A DNA stretch of 64,000 nucleotides from Octopus sinensis (lineage: Eukaryota). A program made the position numbers and the translations under genes. Below the pieces are notes generated by a model. It had not been told where the DNA came from, did no database searches, and saw only the letters and a program-made list of their open reading frames with translations. The DNA is taken from NCBI RefSeq assembly GCF_006345805.1, contig NC_042998.1:193874001-193938000 (forward strand), given 5' to 3'. Below are positions 39,546-50,540 of this stretch, in pieces (position 1 is the stretch's first letter; every line of letters begins with the position of its first letter).

Positions 39546-39766
39546 TAATTTTATAAAGCATTAACAAAAATAACCGAGACATTGTGACGCTGAACTAAAT
39601 CTCTTGCAGTATTTTAGTCACACTTCTCAGTGTTCAGTGACTTCAAACCCCGGCGAGGATGACTTTGTTTTTCATTCCTTTGCAGTTTGTATGACTGGTT
39701 TCTAACAAAGAAGCCGGGGCCACAAACGTGTAAAGAGCAGTATGATTGACTATATCTTCTTCAGTA

Positions 39767-40182
39767 GGCGGCGAGCTGGCAGAAACGTTAGCACGCCGGG
39801 CGAAATGCGTAGCCGTATTTCGTCTGCCGTTACGTTCTGAGTTCAAATTCCGCCCAGGTCGACTTTGCCTTTCATCCTTTCGGGGTCGATAAATTAAGTA
39901 CCAGTTACCCACAAGGGTTGATGTAATCGACTTAATCCGTTTTCTGTCCTTGTTTGTCCCCTCTGTGTTTAGCCCCTTGTGGGTGGTAAAGAAATAGGTA
40001 TTTCGTCTGCCGTTACGTTCTGAGTTCAAATTCCGCCCAGGTCGACTTTGCCTTTCATCCTTTCGGGGTCGATAAATTAAGTACCAGTTACGCACTGGGG
40101 TCGATGTAATCGACTTAATCCGTTTGTCTGTCCTTGTTTGTCCCCTCTGTGTTTAGCCCCTTGTGGTTAGTAAAGAAATATA
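39767..40182 (+). mobile_element. SINE family A dimer with 16-bp TSD
   Basis: tatatcttcttcagta at 39751-39766 and 40183-40198. Confidence 0.9.
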
Positions 40183-40753
40183 TATATCTTCTTCAGTACT
40201 TATTTTATCAACCCCGAAAAGATGAAAATCAGAGTTGAATTTGACACGTTTCGAAATAAATTAACTCTAATATACTGGGTGACATGCAAACCATTTTATG
40301 TACAAAGATCGATCTTGTGACAATTTAAAACGTTAATACTGCCAAAAATAAATGCCACGTCACTCTCCCGATGATGCTAAGGTGTTTCAGAAAGGCATAA
40401 CAGTCGCACTTCCCATTATTACCCTTCCACATAAAATTATGTATTTACACCCAATCTAGAACTGCTACCGCTACAACGACCTATGGTCCATTATTTTTTC
40501 TTTCATTTGGAGGAGGGTAGGTTTAACACGCCACTCAAATTAAATAATAGAAATCACAAGTTGATCATGTGCACAAACTAAATTTCAGTTCATTCAACGG
40601 TTTTTGTTCACGTGATAGTCTGGAGGCATGACTAGAACCTTCAGTAAACAGAGCCTACAAATACAGCTCATTTGAGCGCAAAAAAACTTTAAATTGACTC
40701 CGATCCTTGGTGGAGTTCACTCTCAACAAGTAGCAATGGATGAAGAACACACC

Positions 40754-40987
40754 TATTTCTTTACTACCCACAAGGGGTTAAACACAGAGAGGACAAACAA
40801 GGACAGACAAACGAATTAAGTCGATTATATCGACCCAGTGCGTAACTGGTACTTGATTTATCGACCCCGAAAGGATGAAAGGCAAAGTCGACCTCGGTGG
40901 AATTTGAACTCAGAACGTAACGGCAGACGAAATACGGCTACGCATTTCGCCCGGCGTGCTAACGTTTCTGCCAGCTCGCCGCCTTCC
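40754..40987 (-). mobile_element. SINE family A monomer with 18-bp TSD
   Basis: atggatgaagaacacacc at 40736-40753 and 40988-41005. Confidence 0.9.
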
Positions 40988-41145
40988 ATGGATGAAGAAC
41001 ACACCATGGCAACAACTATGTACTGATGTGTAAAAATTAGCACTAATGTTGAATTTCTGACGAAGACTTTCCGAACTTGTAATACTATACGTTATTTCGT
41101 CTGAATTTTCCCCTTCATGCACTCCATGAACATTTTCTGTGCTAA

Positions 41146-41658
41146 TCTATATATATAAAACTGTAGTTGTGTGAGTGTCTGTCCCCTTCGATTTAGATTC
41201 CTAACTACTCCCACATTTTGCGGTGCAGCTTAACCAAATTCGGGTATCTTATAGTCGTGATTCATATCGAGCCCGTCTGAGTATTAGCGCGCGTCTACGA
41301 TGAGTCTACGATTTTAATAATAATTTAACATCATTTTTTATTCCATTTTAATGCATAATTTTTCGTGTGTCGATGGCGGCGGAGTTGGCGTCCATGGTCA
41401 CACCTGCACCTGTTTGCTTCTCCCCCTTCTTCCCTCCCTCGTGAAGCTGTGGGGAAGGGAGTGTAAGGAAATCATCGTCGTAAAGCGTTGTCAAGGAGAC
41501 CAGCGTTCTTTTAGAACAACGACTTCATGGCTTGAAGACACCAAAACAGAAATGGCCAAGAAAGCCCGAATTGGCATCTATAAGGGAAGTAACTCTCTAA
41601 AAACGCTTATATAGTTATTTCCCTTACAAACCCGAGCAACACCGGGCGATACTGCTAG
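41146..41658 (+). mobile_element. Non-autonomous Helitron, related family
   Basis: a|TCtatatatataaa start; same 3' end (cccgagcaacaccgggcgatactgCTAG|t) but a different interior. Confidence 0.75.
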
Positions 41659-41791
41659 TGTAACAATAAATATGTTCATATAATTAAAACAAACCTTCTC
41701 CCTGACTATGCAACAGTACTATAATTATCAGAATATAAGCTAGCGTCAGTGAGAACATGGCAAGTAGTGGGACAAACAAAATAATGAAATG

Positions 41792-42138
41792 TGTAATCCA
41801 CTGAAATTAGGTAAATAATCCTTCGAACAGACGGTAAGCAGCGACGCCTGTTGGGTTTGGTTACTCTGCATTGATAAAGAGCAAATACCCTGAAGCATGT
41901 CTGTAGATGGCTGACCAGCAAGGGGAAGCGGCTGACCTCCTCCCCTGTTCGAAGGTTATAATGGACACAGGTTCGTGTGTCATATAGCTAGCTAGAGGCG
42001 ATGGCCTCTTGGAGCTAATCAACGGCAGCTTTAGTCTTATAGTTAAGAACTGCCATATTAGCTTGGCGATAACTGTTAATTTCCAGTACCGCTGCCGTAG
42101 TCTCCTTTAGAGAGACTTAGAAATTTTAATATTTCTAT
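41792..42138 (+). mobile_element. Diverged single monomer of the 360-bp array family
   Basis: Colinear with one array unit (aggtaaata, ctgcattga, gctgacctcc, gttcgaaggttat, ggcgatggcctc, gccatattag, agagacttag, ttttaatatttctat). Confidence 0.8.
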
Positions 42139-42965
42139 GTCTAACCTTAGTTTTCCTTATACTCCTCATACAAATAATCCACTTTGTACCTGATAGCTTC
42201 TATTAAAATGGGTCACTTAACTGACTATTGTTATTCCCAAAATTTCGTGTGATAATTTTTTAAGATTTGCCCATCACACTTCCCGATAGCTCTCGTAAAT
42301 TTTGCTATTCAATTAGTGTCAGTTACTACTTGATCAAAACTTTCACTGATATTGTATTTTTCATTTGTGGTACTTTTGTCTTCCTCTTGAGCAACAGACC
42401 GTGTAGCATTCCTTCGATTGCTTTATTGCTTTTACTTTATTTGTATTACTTCCTTTTCAGTGCTTGTTCGTCTTCTATTTTTTTTTTTTTTATAATTCGC
42501 GCGTTAAAATCAGATAAATCTTTTGAGATGAGGGAAAGAAATCAGGAAGTCTTTGATCAAACTCTAACTCGAAAAAAGACTCAAAAGAAAATATAAAATT
42601 TATTGTTTCATGCAAAATTATCTTCATGGACAAGAATTTTGTAATAGGCAGAAAGGAAATTAATGACTTTCACAGATGTTGGTTCCTGGTTACCTTAGAC
42701 ATATTTCTACTTATCGATTGCTCTACTGTTTCACTCGACATGACTGCGAACAGTTTTATCGACCAATCACTCCTCTCAGAATCTTTAAAAGCTAATAAAT
42801 CTCATCAATTGATGTCAACCTGACTACTAAACTTACTCACAGCATACTTCAAGGCAAGATTCTACAGATTCACTGATATTAATATGTCATATCCCCTATT
42901 TGTTGTCGATTTTAGGACATCGACCTCTGCATAACAATTCAAGTTTAGTTGCAACATGTAACATT

Positions 42966-43352
42966 GGAAGCACTCCGTCGGTTACGACGACGAGGGTTCC
43001 GGTTGATCCGAATCAACGGAACAGCCTGCTCGTGAAATTAACGTGTAAGTGGCTGAGCACTCCACAGACACACGCACCCTTAACGTAGTTCTCGGGGATA
43101 TTCAGCGTGACACAGAGAGTGACAAGGCCGGCCCCTTGAAATACAGGTACAACAGAAACAGGAAGTAAGAGTGAGAGAGAAAGTTGTGGTGAAAGAGTAC
43201 AGCAGGGATCACCACCATCCCCTGCCGGAGCCTCGTGGAGCTTTTAGGTGTTTTCGCTCAATAAACACTCACAACGCCTGGTCTGGGAATCGAAACCGCG
43301 ATCCTATGACCGCGAGTTCACTGCCCTAACCACTGGGCCATTGCGCCTCCAC
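42966..43352 (-). mobile_element. tRNA-type SINE family C with 12-bp TSD
   Basis: Head ggaggcgcaatggcccagtggttagggcag..ggtttcgattcccagacc; acatgtaacatt at 42954-42965 and 43353-43364. Confidence 0.88.
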
Positions 43353-44479
43353 ACATGTAACATTACAAAGGTTCTTATATCAATATATACATACAACGAG
43401 AGTCGAAGCTAATATAACAGAACAGACATATTTGTTGCAGAAAATATATCTATTTCTTCTTTCATTTATTTGGTTCAATCAATAGACCGCAGCTATGTTG
43501 GGACATCGCCTTGAAGAATTCTAATCTGAAACGGCGTAAATTTGTAACGATAAGTATTTGTTATTATCACAGTAAGTTGTACGATGTGAAAGATGATCAA
43601 TGCATAAAGTTTTATGGAAAGTATTTATCTACCGTTTCGTTACAATTACCTTGCTTCGACGGGCAGGTTTTGATACATCCAAAAGCATGCGAAGTAAAGT
43701 TTGTGTTTGTGTCCTCTTCATTGTTTAGTAGTAAATACAGAGAGAGATAGAATGATGTTGTAGAAGAACAGAATTAGAGCTAGTGAGAATTGTAGGGTGT
43801 TGTCTGACAGTTGCTTTTTCCCTCTGACCAAGGCTGGTCAGTCAGACCTCGTTGAGTCGTCACCGACTGTGACTAACTCCGTTGAGTCATCACGACTGTG
43901 ACGAAATGGTTTTTGCTTGGGGTGTGCTGGCTCATATAACTATCCAGAAGGATAGATATATCATTGAGAACAATAGATTTAGTTGGTGGTCTTGTTATCT
44001 CTATTCTAGCTTTTGGTGAAGTAGAAGAGGTTAGAAAGGGTCAAGTAGTGAAGACATTATTTCGGCCTATCTAAAAGCATCTGGAAAATGTAAAACTGCT
44101 GTCAGAAAAAAACCATTGTTTCACCGTGAGAACAGTTCTGTTGCAGTGTTAATTCAAATTTGGCTATGGTGGATCGAATCCACTTCATGCTTGCAAGATT
44201 CACTACAAATAGAACGAATTGGCCCCAATACTTTTTTTAACTTAGTACTTATTCTATTGGTTCATTTTGCCGGACCTGAATATTAAAGAACCTTTTTATC
44301 CTCATCACTTTTCACCATCCTCATCATTTTAACATCCACTTTTCCATCAAAAGTGTGTCAGCCACAACCATTCAGTCTTTCCTTTTCAGAGATTCAGAGA
44401 TACAGCATGCAGACCACATTGTCTAATCTCCTTTATAGTATAAGCACAAGGTCAGAAGCTCATGGGGAGGGAGCTAATC

Positions 44480-45230
44480 GATTACATCGACCCCAGTGCT
44501 TGACTGGGCTGCTATTTCTAGCTTGGTTCAATTTGTTTTGTTTGGGGCAGGAGCAGAGTTTTTCCTTATTTTTCATTCATCCTCACCTTTACTTATAGGC
44601 ACAACGCCTAAAAGGATAAAAGGCAAAGCCGACCTCGGTGGAAGTTGAACCCGGTACATATAGCTAGAAGAAATGCCTATTTCTTTACTACCGACAAGGG
44701 GCTAAACCCAGAGGGGACAAACAAGGTCAGACAAACGGATTAAGTCTATTACATCGACCCCAGTGCGTAACTGGTACTTAATTCATCGACCCCGAAAGGA
44801 TGAAAGGCAAAGTCGACCTCGGCGGAATTTGAACTCAGAATGTAACGGCAGACGAAATACGGCTACGCATTTCGCCCGGCGTGCTAACGGTTCTGCCAGC
44901 TCGCCGCCTTCTCCCAGAAGAAATACCTGTTTCTTTATTACCCACAAGGGGCTAAACACAGAGGGGACAAACAAGGACAGACAAACGGATTAAGTCTATT
45001 ACATCGACCCCAGTGCGTAACTGGTACTTAATTCATCGACCCCGAAAGGATGAAAGGCAAAGTCGACCTCAGCGGAATTTGAACTCAAAACGTAACGGCA
45101 GACGAAATACGGCTAAGCATTTCGCCCGGCGTGCTAACGTTTCTGCCAGCTCGCCGCCTTCTCCCAGAAGAAATGCTGCTAAACATTTTGTCTGACACTG
45201 TAACGATTCTGCCAGTTCGTGACCCACTAC
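44480..45230 (-). mobile_element. Two tandem SINE family A copies nested in an older SINE
   Basis: ~254-bp direct duplication, each copy followed by ttctcccagaagaaat. Confidence 0.85.
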
Positions 45231-45583
45231 ATTAGTCATGACTCACTAATTTAGCTAAATGGATGCAAGGGATGGTCCAACCCTGAAGCCTATCCTTTTT
45301 TTTTTTTTTTTGTGCCTCACTTTTTTATGTATATCGTGTTTGTAAAATGACAAATACAAGGGCCGCTCTGAACAGCACAAACACTCCTTATGACACTGAG
45401 GTGATAATCTCGTCTTTTTAATGATCTCTAAGACAGCGTGTCCTTTCTTATTTGAAGCAGTAAGTTGTGATTTATGAGAGATTTAGCAGCCACTTCTAGG
45501 AGATTGAGCCATTACAAGGTCCCTATGTGGTTCATTGCAACTTACATATTGACAAGTTATACTGAGTGTATTGTATATAATAT

Positions 45584-46002
45584 GGATCTTTTCGGTTTGA
45601 CTGGTAGTTTTTTCTAGCGGTGTCATATGAAATTGTCACCCATAATTATGACCCTAGAATCGATCTATTGCATTTCAATCTGTTTTAGGGTTAGGGTTAG
45701 GGCTAGGGGTGGGGGAACGGTATTTGCTTTTCTTCAGAAATGTAAATAAACCCAATCTGTTTCTTATACGAGGGACATATTCATACGGCACAGAATGTTT
45801 TCACTTCAATAGACGTCATTGATTGGTTGAAATTGTAGAAATTGAAGAAGAAAACAACAAATATCTTACAAACTATAGAATTTTCTCAATAAAGCCAAGA
45901 GAAAAAGATGTTTTATAAACACATTCTACCAATATACGAAGTTTAAGTGTTTAGTTACGTGGAGATTATTTTTAAAAACTGCCGGTCAAACCGAAAAAAT
46001 CC
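45584..46002 (-). mobile_element. MITE, second copy
   Basis: Reverse complement of 16386-16795; tat on both flanks; contains ttagggttagggttagggctaggg. Confidence 0.85.
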
Positions 46003-46118
46003 TATAGTATAATAAATAATTTCTAACATTGGGTGAAGGCCATAATTTTGTAAAGACGAATTATTTCTGTAAGAACTTCCAGATATTATTTGTATCAATA
46101 ATTATGATAGAATGAAAG

Positions 46119-46400
46119 CAACAAGGTGGTTGAACCGTTAGCATGTTATGCAAAGTGCTTAACGGAATTTCGTCCGTCTTTACGGTCTGAATTCAAATTC
46201 CGCTGAGGTCGACTTTGCCCTTCACCCTTTCGGAGGTCGATAAAATTACCGCTGTTTGAACTCCCGGATCGATGTAATCGATTTATACTCCTCCCCGAAA
46301 TTTCTGGCCTTGTACCAAAATTTGAAATCAATAATTATGATAGAATGAAAGTGGCGAGCTAGCAGAATCGTTAGCATGCTGGGAAAAATGCTTAGTGGCA
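46119..46400 (+). mobile_element. SINE family A variant plus second head
   Basis: 24-bp direct repeat tcaataattatgatagaatgaaag at 46095-46118 and 46328-46351. Confidence 0.75.
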
Positions 46401-47373
46401 TTTATTTCTGGTCAGTACCCTCCTCTATGGCCGTTAAATAGATTACTGGAACTTCGGTTACTATGATTAGACCCGAGATGAATATTGAAGAAGTTTCACG
46501 TTGCCTTCTCCAAGTAGGTAAGATTTGAACTCAGAATGTTAAGAGTCGGAAGATATACCGTAAAACCTTTCTGCCGATGCGCCAACGATTCTACCAGTCT
46601 CCCACCCGCAAAGGTACGTAAAATGAAGTGTTTTGTTCAAGAACACAACGCACAACGCGCCGCCTGGTTGGGGAATCGAACTCACAATCTAGTGATTGTG
46701 GGTGTAACACCCTAAACACCAGGCCACGCACCTTGACCTGAAGAATTTTACCATACAGGTAATCGGTGACTTTATCAGCCACCAAAGACACTAGAGCATC
46801 AAAGTGAAATAACGACTTATTATTGTAGAACCCTTTTTCTGAGACTGCGGAATCTAGTCCTTAAATAGGTTAACGTTGACTCAACTATTAAAAAAAGGTA
46901 GAATAAAGTGGAGGTTGGGACTTAATGAAGTTAGTTAATTTTAATTAATTATAAAAAATTAATACTTGTTTACTTCATCAAGTGGTGGAAACAATCATTA
47001 TCTTAATTAGTAACTGTGGTGAAAAAAGCATGAGAGACAACCCCGAAATTTTGATTACACGTTTACTCAGCTAAACAAATAATCATTTTTTTCCGATGCC
47101 TTGTTGAATATTTATTCGACTTCATTATCATCGTCGTCGTCAACGTTTTAATATTTGTTTTGTTTTCTATACAGAAATTAAATGAGGAGATTTGCCATAA
47201 ACCACAGCAACATTCACCCCATTTGAAAAACCCATCTTCCTGAGATATGACCTCAGAACAATTTTCTCATCCATAACAGTATATAACAATTTCCAACTAG
47301 CACTCATCAACCGTCCATATCATATGCTTATACCATTGCCGTCGTCACTCCATAATTAATTAACGTTCAGAAA

Positions 47374-47786
47374 GCAGCGAGCTGGCAGAATCGTTAGCAC
47401 GCCGGGCGAAATGCGTAGCTGTATTTCGTCTGCCGTTACGTTCTGAGTTCAAACTCCGCCGAGGTCGACTTTGCCTTTCATCCTTTCGGGGTCAATAAAT
47501 TAAGTACCAGTTACGCACTGGATTCGATGTAATCGATTTAATTCGTTTGTCTGTCCTTGTTTGTCCCCTCTATGTTTAGCCCCTTGCGGGAAGTAAAGAA
47601 ATAGGTATTTCATCTGCCGTTATGTTCTGAGTTCAAATTCCGCCAAGATCGACTTTGCCTTTCATCCTTTCGGGGTCGATAAATTAAGTACCAGTTACGC
47701 ACTGGATTCGATGTAATCGATTTAATTCGTTTGTCTGTCCTTGTTTGTCCCCTCTATGTTTAGCCCCTTGTGGGTAATAAAGAAAC
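47374..47786 (+). mobile_element. SINE family A dimer with ~20-bp TSD
   Basis: aatta(a/t)ttaacgttcagaaa at 47354-47373 and 47787-47806. Confidence 0.9.
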
Positions 47787-48836
47787 AATTATTTAACGTT
47801 CAGAAACCGGGATGCGCGTCACCCCAGACTGTCTGGTCATGTTACGCGATTTCTCGAGTTGGTTCCCGCGTATCGTGTTCTCTTCTCTGAAAATCCGGCT
47901 GGATTGACAACTCGTATTATTGGTCGACTACATGGTCAAGGCGGATGAGGAAGATCTCGCAGAGATGGTGACTGACTGGGACAGTGCTTGGAGGGATGCT
48001 CAAGACGATCCGAGCAAATACCGAAAATGATGAATGCAGCGACTCACTGCAACGCCACATGCGCCCATACCTAACCTGACCAGCTATTCTTAATTTACCT
48101 GCGTTCTTAAGCCGTAAGGCTTAACTCCCAACACGCCAGCTGAATCCAATTTGTCTCCAGTCGAAAGACGCCTGTTGTTATGTCCTGTTATAATTATTGT
48201 TTAATTGTATTAATTTTGTATTTATATTCGTGTAACATCGTCCGTTTTTCCGTCCTTGCTTCGTATACATTCGATCTTTGTTTCCAAGGAATCTAATGCT
48301 CTTAGCTTAGTTTTTCCTTGGGGCTGGCCAGATTGGAGCAATCTCAAGATTAATCAGCCGAAATTGCGAAGATGATCCGGTTCTTGACTGAAGATTAAAG
48401 GCTTCGAATGACCCGTCCGTGTTTTTTGTATCGTCTGTCAGGATATTTTGTTGTCCCTTTTTGTATCACTTAGTTATCCGGATGTTTTGCGTTCTTGTCC
48501 CATTTTGTATTTATATGTCGACATAAGTTCCTTGCTTTTCCCAATGAGAAATCTGCATAATGTACTCCTTATTCCTTCGGAATTAGGAATATGCAGCCTT
48601 TGAAAAATATGTCGAAAATAAAGGAATTTTGTTAACTCGTCGTTCAACTCCATTCTTTCATATACTTATATTTTAAAATAAACATACAAATTTCTGCACG
48701 AAAGCACGTAGTCCATGCCCTAGGGACGTAACTTCAACCGTGTTCTTTCTGATGTGAATTTGCTACCCAGGTATCGGTTAGCTTTCGAATTATCCTTAAT
48801 AAGATAATTCATTCAACTACTCAAATATATATATAT

Positions 48837-48869
<33 letters not shown>

Positions 48870-48959
48870 TAAGCGAACAGACATCCAATAGCTAAACTGC
48901 GCCTCATTTTTTTTTCAGCAAATATTCCATATACAATGTTCATGTCTCATTATTACGCA

Positions 48960-49560
48960 GCATCACACTTCTTCAACAAGCTTCGTGCAGTCTTCCTGGC
49001 AATCTGTATGACAAGAGAAACTCCTTGCTGCTGCAGCTGCTCAAGCAGTCTTGTGATCCATCTGTCTTTTTCTCTCTATGACTACGTAGTCTATGTCCCA
49101 TTGTTTTTTTAAGATGTTAGAGTCTGATTTGAGAAAGTTTTGATTACTGTTTTCAGTAGGTCAAGTTACTGAGTGGGTGCTATCTACTTGGCCCTTCTAG
49201 GTGAGAAACGTGTTGTTTTCAACGAATATAACAGCTCTCTGAACTTTTAATCCTTCCTTTAACAGCCCTGAACTTCTACACTTTTCTGTTCAACCTAATA
49301 CACTTTCACTACAGCCATCCTACGCACAGGTTATGTCAAATAGGTTACACAACTTAATTTCATATGGGATTCTACTGCCAACTGCTCCGTACATGTGGCG
49401 CAACTGAGGTTCTAGCTCCTGGCTCCTTGATCAATCTGCTACAGATCTCACTGCACATTTTGTGTACCCATTGCTTGAACGGAGTACACAATATCAATTT
49501 TCCTGACTACGCTTCCTACATATATGAAAATGGTATTCTGGTGTAAATAAAGCAACCTAA
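48960..49560 (-). mobile_element. Very degenerate RTE-like LINE remnant
   Basis: Broken frames GH..R / EKDRWITRLLE resemble the RTE GHV.R..DRW..RVLEW motif. Confidence 0.3.
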
Positions 49561-50123
49561 AGAACTAAGGAGATACTATGCACTGCTTCTCCCTTCCCAG
49601 ATAACATTGAGATTTTCTCATCTACCAGATGAGTATATTCTGTAATCAGTTTTCAGCTTCTAACTGCTACGAAACTCTTACAATATATATTTTTTATATA
49701 AACGTCATATATTTCAACATAAACAGAATTTCATCTGTTTAATTTAAACTTGGAACTAACACGCTTTCTCTCTAAATACAAATTAATTATACTTTTCCTC
49801 ACTCAACGTTTGATGTAATCTGTTATGTGTGTATAAACATATGATGTAATCTATTAAGTGTATATAAACATATCGTGTCTTGTTATGAAGAATGCCTCGT
49901 GTTAAAACCTATGTTAATGCGAGCATGTAAAAAGGAACACAACTGTTTTTATAACTAGACAAAATGCTAATAAGGTGATACGTCTAATTCAGAAAACCTA
50001 TGGTAGACAAAACAGGCTTGGGGAAAATCTATGGAAACCTAAAAGCACGCGTCTTCTTCCAGACTATGGTTTTAATTGTAAACAATCGCCACAGCAACAC
50101 AAAATATTATATGTTTGGAAAGG

Positions 50124-50294
50124 CATAGGAGAGGTTGTGTGGTAAGGAGCTTGCTTACCAACCACATGGTTCCGGGTTCAGTCTCACTGTGTGGCACCTT
50201 GGGCAAGTGTCTTCTACTATAGCCTCGGGCCGACCAATGCCTTGTGAGTGGATTTGGTAGACGGAAACTGAAAGAAGCCCGTCGTATATATGTA

Positions 50295-50329
<35 letters not shown>

Positions 50330-50540
50330 GTGTTTACGTGTCTGTATTTGTCCCCTCAACTTCGCTTGACAACCGATGCTGGTGTGTTTATGTCCCCGTA
50401 ACTTAGCGGTTCGGCCAAAGAGACCGATAGAATAAGTACTAGGCTTACAAAGAATAAGTCCTGGGGGTCGATTTGCTCGACTAAAGGCGGTGCTCCAGCA
50501 TGGCTGCAGTCAAATGATTGAAACAAGTAAAAGAGTAAAA
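50124..50540 (+). mobile_element. SINE family B
   Basis: Full-length copy. Confidence 0.88.

Noticed and set aside
39643-40095. Recurrent MRNWYLIYRPRKDERQSRP ORFs
   Set aside because: Antisense translation of SINE family A; present in many copies.
47810-48230. GC-richer stretch with short ORF ending WDSAWRDAQDDPSKYRK
   Set aside because: Probably a LINE 3' end, but no family motif could be supported; 17760-18800 is similarly unassignable.
48375-48420. Hammerhead candidate starting ctgaaga
   Set aside because: No stem II and no GAAA; a similar partial motif at 16340-16370 also lacks GAAA.
48955-49077. Terminal exon REKDRWITRLLEQLQQQGVSLVIQIARKTARSLLKKCDAA*
   Set aside because: Poor acceptor, and the neighbouring frame resembles an RTE C-terminus, so it was treated as a LINE remnant.
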